Assembly: GCA_965279035.1 (NCBI GenBank)
Contig: OZ257142.1
Location: 3,296,001 to 3,360,000, forward strand
Source of the DNA: Bacteroidia bacterium
GTDB taxonomy: Bacteria; Bacteroidota; Bacteroidia; M30B66
Length of the DNA stretch: 64,000 nucleotides
Direction: 5' to 3'
The position numbers and the translations under genes were made by a program. Shown piece after piece: positions 1 through 8,629 of the stretch (within the stretch, counting starts at the first letter, position 1; every line of letters starts with the position of its first letter). The notes under the pieces are model-generated. The model was not told the origin of the DNA, made no database searches, and worked only from the letters and a program-made list of their open reading frames with translations.

Positions 1-2
1 TG

Positions 3-983
3 ATAGCTTCACGAGATTATTTTACTACAACAGAAGACCACGATGGATATTTTATTAAACTTAATGGTCTGGGAGAACTTGTCAATGAAACTTTAATTAA
101 TGAAAATATAGCTGATTCCCCAAAGAATTTAATTAGTACACCCGAAGGGGGATTTCTTATTGCTGGTGTTGCCGGTACTGCTTTTACAAGTGACGTTGGG
201 TATGAGTATTTAATAAAACTTGATGAAAATGGAATTAGGCAAGACGGATGGCAATTATCTCAAATTACAGAAGGAGGAATGAGCCGATTTGGCCCCAACA
301 AGTTGCTTTTTTCAGGCTATAAATATCAAGGCGGAGGACCTAAAGCAGTCATGACAAATCTAGAAGGCGCTGTCCTCTATAACAAGACATACAGCGGATT
401 TAATGAAGGCGCAGCCGCTTATATTGGAAGGAGGGTTTCGGATGGCGGAATTGTTAATGTAGGTATATTTACTCCAAGCCCTGAAATGAATAATGCAGGA
501 ATGGTTTTTAAAACTGATTCTCTTGGAAATATGCTTTGGTCAAAATACTACAATCATGGCAATTATTTTGATTTCTTTCTCGACTTTATTGAAACGAAAG
601 ATGGCGGCATATTGATAAGCGGTGCTGCTGATGATGATTTTTGCTGCGGTGGACAAAACACTTGGGTAGTAAAACTCGACGCCAACGGTTGTCTTGATCC
701 TGCCAACTGTGGTGTAGGAATCGAAGATGCACCTTTTCCCGATGCTGTTACTATTTATCCCAACCCAGCAACAGACTGGCTACGAATAGATTTGGAAACT
801 GCTGGCTCAGCGTACACGGCTCAACTACTAGTTGCAACCGGGCGATTGGTGCAAAATGAAGTGTTTTCAGCATTGGGGACGCATACTTTATCACTCAGTG
901 GTCTTTCAACCGGGATTTATTATTGCCGGGTTTTGAAGGGCGAAATGGTTGTTGTTGTGGAGAAAATTGTTAAAATAGAATAG
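3..983 (+). CDS. T9SS type A sorting domain-containing secreted protein, 5'-truncated by the window edge
   Basis: The frame of the 279..983 ORF is open back to position 3 (IASRDYFTTTEDHDGYFIKLN...). Repeated 'KLDxNG/KTDSLGN-WSK' propeller-like motifs; C-terminal 'IYPNPATD...LSTGIYYCRV...EKIVK' is a T9SS CTD. Confidence 0.85.
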   Translation: MASRDYFTTTEDHDGYFIKLNGLGELVNETLINENIADSPKNLISTPEGGFLIAGVAGTAFTSDVGYEYLIKLDENGIRQDGWQLSQITEGGMSRFGPNKLLFSGYKYQGGGPKAVMTNLEGAVLYNKTYSGFNEGAAAYIGRRVSDGGIVNVGIFTPSPEMNNAGMVFKTDSLGNMLWSKYYNHGNYFDFFLDFIETKDGGILISGAADDDFCCGGQNTWVVKLDANGCLDPANCGVGIEDAPFPDAVTIYPNPATDWLRIDLETAGSAYTAQLLVATGRLVQNEVFSALGTHTLSLSGLSTGIYYCRVLKGEMVVVVEKIVKIE

Positions 984-1178
984 CAACATATTTATTACAA
1001 AGTATAATATTAAAATGATATTAACTGAAACAATCCCCCTATTCAAATTAAACTATCTTAAAGACATATTTATGCAATAAAATATTTAACTTAATAAATT
1101 TTAATGAACTTAAACAAACATATTCGCCTTAAATCAACTTGAAAAGAGTTCGACAATAAGTCGTTCGGCTCCACCATT

Positions 1179-1219
1179 AGGGACAAATTCCATTTAGGGA
1201 GTTTGTCCCTTTATTTTTT
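1179..1219 (+). terminator. Intrinsic terminator-like hairpin
   Basis: agggacaaattc / gagtttgtccct stem followed by ttattttt. Confidence 0.6.
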
Positions 1220-1389
1220 GATTAAATCCAATTAGATAATTTAACTTCTACTCTTTTTATCCTAATTTTTTTGGTCTTATTAAAGAAATGGAACACCCCG
1301 ATTTTAAAGATGAATGAGAAATAGTCGATTTTTTAATCAAGGAATTTCTTCAGAAATCGTGAAATATTTAATCTAATTAACCAACAGAA

Positions 1390-1872
1390 ATGAGAAACTA
1401 TCTTTTAATTTTTTTAAAAAGTTCAAAAGGGACACTTATATTAATTATTATTTTGTTAGTGTCTCTATGTGTAAACATTATTCTATTTTTTAGCCCTAGG
1501 GAAAATATCGAAATTACTCCCACTTTAAATATCGATGACCAATGGATACTCAGACAATCGAAAAAATATGCAATCCAAAATTTTATTGTTTTTCAAAGAC
1601 GACATAAATTAGATTCCATATCAAATTTGACAATAAGAAATAATGATGTTGACGATACAAATGGAAAGGCACTTGTATTATTTCATGCTTTTGGCCACGT
1701 AATAAATTTCGCAAAAAAAATGCCTTTAGAGTCTCCTGAGCACAATAAACAAACTGTTGGATTTGAAAATGTTTTGAGAGATGCTATGAATCTGCCATGT
1801 AGGTTAGGAAATGACCATGGCACTGTAGCAAATCCTAAAGAAACATCTGGTAGTGAAATCTATAAAGAATAA
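1390..1872 (+). CDS. Membrane-anchored hypothetical protein with a degenerate zincin (M91/RHS-toxin-tip-like) C-terminus
   Basis: N-terminal hydrophobic helix; C-terminal 'LFHAFGH...FENVLRDAMNLPCRLGNDH' resembles HExxH...ENxxRxxxxLPxR metallopeptidase tips, with E replaced by A. Confidence 0.5.
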   Translation: MRNYLLIFLKSSKGTLILIIILLVSLCVNIILFFSPRENIEITPTLNIDDQWILRQSKKYAIQNFIVFQRRHKLDSISNLTIRNNDVDDTNGKALVLFHAFGHVINFAKKMPLESPEHNKQTVGFENVLRDAMNLPCRLGNDHGTVANPKETSGSEIYKE

Positions 1873-1876
1873 AAAA

Positions 1877-2012
1877 ATGTATATCAAGGTTATTTACCTA
1901 TTTATTTTAATAATTATTTTTCATCCTTCTGTTTATTCTCAGAAGGATGAAAAATCAATTGTACTTTTAGAATCGGGCATTGAAATAATATTTGAAAAAA
2001 ATATTATACTAG
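1877..2012 (+). pseudogene. 5' half of a ~163-aa signal-peptide protein interrupted by the 2013-8191 insertion
   Basis: ATG at 1877 gives MYIKVIYLFILIIIFHPSVYSQKDEKSIVLLESGIEIIFEKNIIL. Removing 2013-8199 joins it in frame to ...VKNFK-MERALKK (ORF 8214..8555). Confidence 0.85.
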
Positions 2013-2413
2013 ACCCGTTGTGCGGTTGAATTATCAATTTATTTTATCATATTAAACAATGAAATAAGGCTGTTAATGCTTCTTGACACTATATCATTCA
2101 TGTTTGTCTACGACGTATTAATTCTTGTCTTGACACACGCTTCGACAAGCTCAGCGTGCATTTAAAGAAGGTCAAGTCTGGACGATGCTGCTTACGCACC
2201 AGGCCTTTTTTCGACCATTTTGCTCGGATAAGCTTTTTTTTCATCTATGTCGAAACACACCCTCGCCGCCCAGACATAGCCTCCACAAGATCCGTTTCTA
2301 AACCTAATTTTAATTTAAATAATTTAATCTAAAGGCATTACATAAGTAATGATTATTGGGGTAAGCGATAAATAGTGTTGAAGGATAATTCTAATTTTTA
2401 ACCGCACAACGGG
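2013..2413 (+). mobile_element. Non-autonomous MITE with IS982-family terminal inverted repeats
   Basis: Begins acccgttgtgcggttgaa and ends tttttaaccgcacaacggg, matching the two ends of the IS982 at 7171-8191. No ORF; internal hairpins include cacgcttcgacaagctcagcgtg. Confidence 0.85.
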
Positions 2414-2474
2414 AAAGGTTTATTATTTTAGGTTTTCGATTTAATTTGTGTTTTTCCATTTTAATTATTGAACA

Positions 2475-3077
2475 ATGAATCAACTTTCCTATATCCAAAA
2501 TGCTGCTCCATTTGCCCAGCCAATTCTGCTATATATTCAGGAATTGGTGATGAAGGTTTGTCCGGAAGCGGAGGTGAAAATCAAGTGGAGTTTTCCCTGT
2601 TTTATATATAAAGGCAAGATGCTCTGCAGCATGGCGGCATTTAAAAATCATTGCAGTTTTGGGTTTTGGTTAACGGAGCAATTGCATGATCCACATGGAT
2701 ATTTATTACCAAATAATGACAAATCAGCGATGGGGAATTTGGGTAGAATTACTTCGATAGCAGATATTCCAGAAGAATCGGTGATGGTTGATTTTATTTG
2801 TCAAACAATGATTTTAATTGACAATGGAGCAAAGCTTAGCAGAAAGAAAAACACTGAACCTAAACCGTTGATTATACCTGAAGAATTAGAAATTGCATTG
2901 CAATCTTCAGCTAAGGCTGGAAATGTATTTTTAGCCTTTAGCACATCTCATAAAAGAGAATATGCGGAATGGATAATGGAAGCGAAAACTACAGCAACAA
3001 AAGAAAAGCGAGTTGCTCAAGCAATTGCTATGATGGAAGAAGGGAAAAGTAGGAATTGGAAATATGAGAAATGTTGA
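2475..3077 (+). CDS. YdeI/OmpD-associated family protein (DUF1801-like N-terminus)
   Basis: 'EVKIKWSFPCF...AAFKNHCSFGFW' N-terminus and 'SHKREYAEWIMEAKT..TKEKRV...EGKSRNWKY' C-terminus. Confidence 0.9.
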   Translation: MNQLSYIQNAAPFAQPILLYIQELVMKVCPEAEVKIKWSFPCFIYKGKMLCSMAAFKNHCSFGFWLTEQLHDPHGYLLPNNDKSAMGNLGRITSIADIPEESVMVDFICQTMILIDNGAKLSRKKNTEPKPLIIPEELEIALQSSAKAGNVFLAFSTSHKREYAEWIMEAKTTATKEKRVAQAIAMMEEGKSRNWKYEKC

Positions 3078-3096
3078 ATAATTATTAATTACGAAT

Positions 3097-4491
3097 CAGT
3101 ACTGTCCGGTTAAAGTTTAAATCAGAAAAAAGGAGCGACCATTTCGATCACTCCTTTTGTGATTATTTTTGAGTTACGACACACCAAAATAATCATGAGT
3201 AAAAGTAAATATTTTACCGGACAGCCGATTTACAGTCAACTCCTTTCTTATCTGCCTCAGACGAAAGTAAAGAACATAGCTGATGAGCATAACGCTGATA
3301 GGTATTATAAGAACTTCAGGACTTATACGCACCTAGTAACGATGCTTTACGCAATCTTTAATCGGTGTACAGGTATCCGAGAAGTGACCTCAGGCCTACT
3401 TGCCTGGGAAGGCAGGATACAGCATTTAGGAATCAACTACTTTCCCAGAAGGAGCACGATTTCAGATGCAAATACCAGTCGACCAGCCGATGTCTTTGAA
3501 GATATTTACTACTGGCTTTATGACCGATACAAGCATTTTTTACCGGACAGCCGAAGTAAAATCGCATCCCGGCTTTATATTGTTGACTCGACAACGATTC
3601 AGTTGTTTCAGGAAGTTTTGAAAAATGCCGGTCGTAATCCCGCCGATGGTAAGCGCAAAGGCGGTATTAAGGTGCATACTTTAATGAGGAGTGATCAAGA
3701 CGTGCCTTGCTTGATAAGGTTCTCTGCTGGAGCTGGAGCCGACAGCCCATTTCTGCAGAACATACACCTGCAACGTGGGTCCATTGTGGTGTTTGATCGT
3801 GGTTATAATGATTACAAGCAATACAACCGTTTCTCGGAAGAAAATGTCACATGGGTGACCCGATTACGAAACAACACCGTGATCAAAGTCCTGCGGGAAA
3901 AGAAAATTTCAGACAAGGAAAAGCAGAACGGAATTTTGCTCGACCAGATTATAGAAATGGGCCACACCAAGCACAATAACAATACACGAGTGAAGGCACG
4001 TCTTATAAAATATGAGGACAAAAAATCGAAGAGGATATTTGAATTCATAACCAATAACAATCAATTCAAACCCTCCTCAATCGCACTGTTTTATAAAAAT
4101 CGTTGGCAGATCGAATCGCTATTTAAGCGTATCAAACAGAACTATCCGATGCAAAGCTTCCTTGGAGAGAGCGAAAATGCGATCAAAATCCAAATCTGGT
4201 GTGCCCTGATCGCTGACCTTGTCTTAAAAATTGTCAAAGCAAGAGCTGGTAAAAACTGGTCGTTTTCAAATCTTGCAGCCATGGTCAGGCTACATTTGAT
4301 GACCTATATCAACCTTTTTGAATTCCTCATCAATCCTGAAAAATCGCTAATTAGAAATCAAATTAAATCCTTTCAACTGCCATTGTTCCCTCCATAGGGG
4401 GCTTTATTTTAAATAAATACCATCAACACCCGCATTTACTGCAACTACAGAAGGTAAATCATGCAATCTCAATTTTAACCGGACAGTACTG
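3097..4491 (+). mobile_element. IS4-family insertion sequence, copy 1
   Basis: IRs cagtactgtccggttaaa / tttaaccggacagtactg; 9-bp TSD attacgaat at 3088-3096 and 4492-4500. Confidence 0.95.
3195..4397 (+). CDS. IS4-family DDE transposase (DUF4372-like N-terminus)
   Basis: 'IVDSTTI', 'VFDRGY' and 'YKNRWQIESLFKRIKQ' (YREK motif). The ATG at 3195 is preferred over the GTG at 3159. Confidence 0.95.
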   Translation: MSKSKYFTGQPIYSQLLSYLPQTKVKNIADEHNADRYYKNFRTYTHLVTMLYAIFNRCTGIREVTSGLLAWEGRIQHLGINYFPRRSTISDANTSRPADVFEDIYYWLYDRYKHFLPDSRSKIASRLYIVDSTTIQLFQEVLKNAGRNPADGKRKGGIKVHTLMRSDQDVPCLIRFSAGAGADSPFLQNIHLQRGSIVVFDRGYNDYKQYNRFSEENVTWVTRLRNNTVIKVLREKKISDKEKQNGILLDQIIEMGHTKHNNNTRVKARLIKYEDKKSKRIFEFITNNNQFKPSSIALFYKNRWQIESLFKRIKQNYPMQSFLGESENAIKIQIWCALIADLVLKIVKARAGKNWSFSNLAAMVRLHLMTYINLFEFLINPEKSLIRNQIKSFQLPLFPP

Positions 4492-4514
4492 ATTACGAAT
4501 TATTAATTATTAAT

Positions 4515-5909
4515 CAGTACTGTCCGGTTAAAGTTTAAATCAGAAAAAAGGAGCGACCATTTCGATCACTCCTTTTGTGATTATTTTTGAGTTACGACAC
4601 ACCAAAATAATCATGAGTAAAAGTAAATATTTTACCGGACAGCCGATTTACAGTCAACTCCTTTCTTATCTGCCTCAGACGAAAGTAAAGGACATAGCTG
4701 ATGAGCATAACGCTGATAGGTATTATAAGAACTTCAGGACTTATACGCACCTAGTAACGATGCTTTACGCAATCTTTAATCGGTGTACAGGTATCCGAGA
4801 AGTGACCTCAGGCCTACTTGCCTGGGAAGGCAGGATACAGCATTTAGGAATCAACTACTTTCCCAGAAGGAGCACGATTTCAGATGCAAATACCAGTCGA
4901 CCAGCCGATGTCTTTGAAGATATTTACTACTGGCTTTATGACCGATACAAGCATTTTTTACCGGACAGCCGAAGTAAAATCGCATCCCGGCTTTATATTG
5001 TTGACTCGACAACGATTCAGTTGTTTCAGGAAGTTTTGAAAAATGCCGGTCGTAATCCCGCCGATGGTAAGCGCAAAGGCGGTATTAAGGTGCATACTTT
5101 AATGAGGAGTGATCAAGACGTGCCTTGCTTGATAAGGTTCTCTGCTGGAGCTGGAGCCGACAGCCCATTTCTGCAGAACATACACCTGCAACGTGGGTCC
5201 ATTGTGGTGTTTGATCGTGGTTATAATGATTACAAGCAATACAACCGTTTCTCGGAAGAAAATGTCACATGGGTGACCCGATTACGAAACAACACCGTGA
5301 TCAAAGTCCTGCGGGAAAAGAAAATTTCAGACAAGGAAAAGCAGAACGGAATTTTGCTCGACCAGATTATAGAAATGGGCCACACCAAGCACAATAACAA
5401 TACACGAGTGAAGGCACGTCTTATAAAATATGAGGACAAAAAATCGAAGAGGATATTTGAATTCATAACCAATAACAATCAATTCAAACCCTCCTCAATC
5501 GCACTGTTTTATAAAAATCGTTGGCAGATCGAATCGCTATTTAAGCGTATCAAACAGAACTATCCGATGCAAAGCTTCCTTGGAGAGAGCGAAAATGCGA
5601 TCAAAATCCAAATCTGGTGTGCCCTGATCGCTGACCTTGTCTTAAAAATTGTCAAAGCAAGAGCTGGTAAAAACTGGTCGTTTTCAAATCTTGCAGCCAT
5701 GGTCAGGCTACATTTGATGACCTATATCAACCTTTTTGAATTCCTCATCAATCCTGAAAAATCGCTAATTAGAAATCAAATTAAATCCTTTCAACTGCCA
5801 TTGTTCCCTCCATAGGGGGCTTTATTTTAAATAAATACCATCAACACCCGCATTTACTGCAACTACAGAAGGTAAATCATGCAATCTCAATTTTAACCGG
5901 ACAGTACTG
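4515..5909 (+). mobile_element. IS4-family insertion sequence, copy 2 (tandem)
   Basis: Same IRs, offset exactly 1418 bp from copy 1. The one difference seen is A3273 vs G4691 (Asn to Asp). Confidence 0.95.
4613..5815 (+). CDS. IS4-family DDE transposase
   Basis: Identical to copy 1 except one residue. Confidence 0.95.
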   Translation: MSKSKYFTGQPIYSQLLSYLPQTKVKDIADEHNADRYYKNFRTYTHLVTMLYAIFNRCTGIREVTSGLLAWEGRIQHLGINYFPRRSTISDANTSRPADVFEDIYYWLYDRYKHFLPDSRSKIASRLYIVDSTTIQLFQEVLKNAGRNPADGKRKGGIKVHTLMRSDQDVPCLIRFSAGAGADSPFLQNIHLQRGSIVVFDRGYNDYKQYNRFSEENVTWVTRLRNNTVIKVLREKKISDKEKQNGILLDQIIEMGHTKHNNNTRVKARLIKYEDKKSKRIFEFITNNNQFKPSSIALFYKNRWQIESLFKRIKQNYPMQSFLGESENAIKIQIWCALIADLVLKIVKARAGKNWSFSNLAAMVRLHLMTYINLFEFLINPEKSLIRNQIKSFQLPLFPP

Positions 5910-5963
5910 ATTACGAATTATTAATTATTAATTACGAATGGGGGTTACGATAAACGACAAATT

Positions 5964-6150
5964 TTGCATCTGTGTGTGGTGACCTGGGACTTAAGTCCCA
6001 GGGTGCTGATGTTAGAGATTGACATTATCCTGCAAGCATTTTCGTGCTATTGATTGATTTTTCTAAATCTTGCATCTGTGTAAGGTAGCCTCTGACTTAA
6101 GTCCGAGGGTGCTGATAGAGATTGGCAGTATTTAGCAAGCATTTTCTTGC
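5964..6150. repeat. Two ~106-bp direct-repeat units, each with a REP-like palindrome
   Basis: ttgcatctgtgt...gacttaagtcc...gggtgctgat...agagattg...gcaagcattttc begins at 5964 and 6070. Palindromes are cctgggacttaagtcccagg and gtagcctctgacttaagtccgagg. Confidence 0.75.
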
Positions 6151-6264
6151 GACAGGGATTGAAGCCATTACCGCTTGGCGACTGAAAGGAGAAAAGCAGT
6201 AGAGGCGGAAAGCCCGGTAATGGCGAGGTGGAGAGAAGCGGAACCTTGCCATTAGTTGCACAAA
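6147..6264 (-). ncRNA. Flavo-1-like structured repeat/RNA motif
   Basis: Minus strand reads tttgtgcaac...ccgggctttccgc...ttcaatccctgtcgcaa, resembling the Bacteroidota Flavo-1 pattern as recalled; several stems present. Confidence 0.45.
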
Positions 6265-7131
6265 TTAAAACAATAATATTCCGAGTTTTAAATTGAGATA
6301 TAGACCGAAGTTTAATTTTGTAGCTTTTATATTAGTAAGATAGCTATTTTCATTATTGCTAAATGCAAACAGATTTGCTCCGTTTTTATGGGCAATTAGG
6401 GAGGAAAAAATGTTGTCTGAACTATTTGGAGAGTTTGTGATATTTAAAGATGTTCCAAAATTTAAATCGAGCATCATACGTGAATTTAGCAAATAGTTTT
6501 TCCCACCGCCCATAAATAAGCTAAAGAAAGACACATTTACATCTTTAAAATTAACTCGCCTTACGCCATCATAAATTAATTGCCAAGAATAATCATATTC
6601 ATGAGCATAAATATAAGGTGCATTAAAAGATCCTGATATTATTTGTTTACCTGCTTTAAATCCTAATTGAAAATAACTTCCATAAGGAGCAGATATAGCT
6701 CCTCCACGATAGAAATTCATTGAAAGTCCAAATACCCGTTGCTTTGCAGTAATATGCACATTGGGTTGATATGAAACTTGATGGTTTATTAGTTCAGCTA
6801 AATCATAATTCGAGAATTTTGATTTAATTATCTCTCTATCATAGTTTGGCAGGTATTGATCCCATTTATTATTTGTAGCGCGCTCCATCCAATAGATAAA
6901 ATTTGACCCTTTGAAAATGCCATGAATGGGAGTTTGGGTGATCGAGTAGCTTAGTGCAATGGTAAAACTTCGTGTTACTACAGATTCTAATTCGATGTTT
7001 GTAATGGGGCGACGGATTCCATTAACTATATCTGTTTTTAATAGAAATCGTTTGCCCATAATTCCCACTTGAGAAATAGAAGGGAGTGTGAGAATAGTTA
7101 AAACGAGAATTAGCAAATAGGACTTACGCAT
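6265..7131 (-). CDS. Hypothetical exported, possibly outer-membrane beta-barrel protein
   Basis: Signal peptide, alternating amphipathic strands and a C-terminal 'LNLKLGILLF' ending in Phe. Confidence 0.65.
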   Translation of the reverse strand: MRKSYLLILVLTILTLPSISQVGIMGKRFLLKTDIVNGIRRPITNIELESVVTRSFTIALSYSITQTPIHGIFKGSNFIYWMERATNNKWDQYLPNYDREIIKSKFSNYDLAELINHQVSYQPNVHITAKQRVFGLSMNFYRGGAISAPYGSYFQLGFKAGKQIISGSFNAPYIYAHEYDYSWQLIYDGVRRVNFKDVNVSFFSLFMGGGKNYLLNSRMMLDLNFGTSLNITNSPNSSDNIFSSLIAHKNGANLFAFSNNENSYLTNIKATKLNFGLYLNLKLGILLF

Positions 7132-7170
7132 AGTGAATGAAAATCGAATGAATATAGATTATTAGATATA

Positions 7171-8191
7171 ACCCGTTGTGCGGTTAAAAAGCCAAAGTAT
7201 GTTTGACCTGGTTTAGAGGTCTTTGATTGATCATATTCAAGTATTGTAGACAAGTGAATGCCCCTATTTTACTAGTGATTCGTGCAAAGAATCCATAAAA
7301 GCTTTTAGCAAAATTCTTTTTAATTGAGAACTGATCACAGAATTGAGAAAAGGTTGTTTCGATTCTTTTTCTTGTTTTGCGATATAGTGGATTCCATTGA
7401 GTTGGTCCAACTTGATTTCCACGCAATGGTGTAATCAATTTTACTGAGTATTCTTTGAATAAACTTAATTGGATGTTTTTCCCAATATAACCTTTGTCCC
7501 CAAGCAAATTTACATTCTCTAAAAACCCTTTTGTCATATCATCTAAAGTCTTTACATCATGCACATTTGCTTGCGTTATAGCGAAATTATTGATTACTGA
7601 ATTTGAGCTAACAACCATATTGAGTTTATAACCAAAATAATGCGTTTTATCAATTGCAGAAAATCCTTTTGCAGGCAAAAAATCAAGATCATCTTTCATA
7701 ATTTTAAGATTACTACAACGAACAAAACGACAAATTGGAAGAGGCATTGAATCTATGATAAAAGTTTCTTCTCCTTCAGAAAGTTCATTACTTAGTTTTT
7801 CAGAGAGCTGATCAATAAAAGGCTGCAAGAATCTTCTGCGTCGATTGAAATTAGTTCTGTCTGGAAGTGTTTTGCAATACTTTGGATATGAATTTCTTAG
7901 AATTGAGAATAGCATGTTTTCAGAATCTATTTGCATTGCTTCTGCTGTAAAAGCCAATGCAACTATCTCAATATCTGAAGCTTTAGGCTGGTTCGAGTAT
8001 CGACGAAAATTTCCATTTGTCAGATTATCAGCGCCATATACTTCGATTAGCAATTGACGAAACTTGGTTATATTCGCTATGAGGTTGTGCATATTAGATT
8101 TGTGTGAGAACTCTTCTAATATACTGTATATCAGTTTAATGCACAACCTTATTTTAAATTAATTATCTACATATTCAACCGCACAACGGGT
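7171..8191 (-). mobile_element. IS982-family insertion sequence
   Basis: IRs acccgttgtgcggtt at 7171 and aaccgcacaacgggt ending 8191; ~1 kb with a single transposase. Confidence 0.93.
7184..8092 (-). CDS. IS982-family transposase
   Basis: 'IIDSMPLPIC', 'YFGYKL', 'LLGDKGY' and 'RKRIETTFSQ'. Likely start MHNL at 8092. Confidence 0.93.
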   Translation of the reverse strand: MHNLIANITKFRQLLIEVYGADNLTNGNFRRYSNQPKASDIEIVALAFTAEAMQIDSENMLFSILRNSYPKYCKTLPDRTNFNRRRRFLQPFIDQLSEKLSNELSEGEETFIIDSMPLPICRFVRCSNLKIMKDDLDFLPAKGFSAIDKTHYFGYKLNMVVSSNSVINNFAITQANVHDVKTLDDMTKGFLENVNLLGDKGYIGKNIQLSLFKEYSVKLITPLRGNQVGPTQWNPLYRKTRKRIETTFSQFCDQFSIKKNFAKSFYGFFARITSKIGAFTCLQYLNMINQRPLNQVKHTLAF

Positions 8192-8199
8192 TATACTAG

Positions 8200-8555
8200 T
8201 TAAGAATTTCAAAATGGAAAGGGCTCTAAAAAAACAAAATCTTTTATTTAAAACATATGCAAAAAAAAGGAAATTCTCATTTAAATATATTAAATTAAAT
8301 TATAACTTTTATGAATATTTGAGTGCTCACAACATCCGCACAACTGATTACAATTCAGAAGATCTTTATTTATATAATATGGAATATATCTACTGTATTA
8401 TTCAAGATGTTGTTTTTTCTTCAAAGTATATGTGTTTTATTATTGAAGCGAATTATAAACTTTCTAGAATCACAACTACAACAAAATATATACAATTGCA
8501 ATTGATTAATGGAAAATGGCAAAGTAATATTTTATACACTGTCAGAGGTGGATAA
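8200..8555 (+). pseudogene. 3' half of the gene begun at 1877
   Basis: In-frame continuation after the TATACTAG duplication; includes ORF 8214..8555. Confidence 0.8.
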
Positions 8556-8597
8556 AATATCAGAACTTCATAAAGAATGATTAATGAAAATAGAATA

Positions 8598-8629
8598 TTT
8601 CATTGATGTGGTAGTCAACATCAATGAAA
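8598..8629. terminator. 12-bp perfect hairpin downstream of the split gene
   Basis: tttcattgatgt-ggtagtca-acatcaatgaaa. Confidence 0.45.

Larger units (their letters stand above)
2013..8191. mobile_element. Putative composite transposon bounded by an IS982-type MITE (left) and an IS982 (right)
   Basis: Outer ends ACCCGTTGTGCGGTTGAAT (from 2013) and ATTCAACCGCACAACGGGT (ending 8191). Direct repeat TATACTAG at 2005-2012 and 8192-8199. The insertion interrupts one ORF in frame. Confidence 0.85.

Noticed and set aside
1100-1176. Complete tRNA or tmRNA gene ending in CCA
   Set aside because: No 5' acceptor strand, D arm or anticodon arm can be built from the AT-rich upstream sequence; kept only as a possible 3' fragment.
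3812-5478. Antisense 82-aa ORFs inside both IS4 copies
   Set aside because: Shadow ORFs of the transposase, duplicated only because the IS is duplicated.
5964-6150. CRISPR array
   Set aside because: Only two units, similarity extends across the would-be spacers, and no cas genes are present.
8214-8555. Stand-alone 113-aa gene
   Set aside because: It is the in-frame 3' part of the gene starting at 1877.
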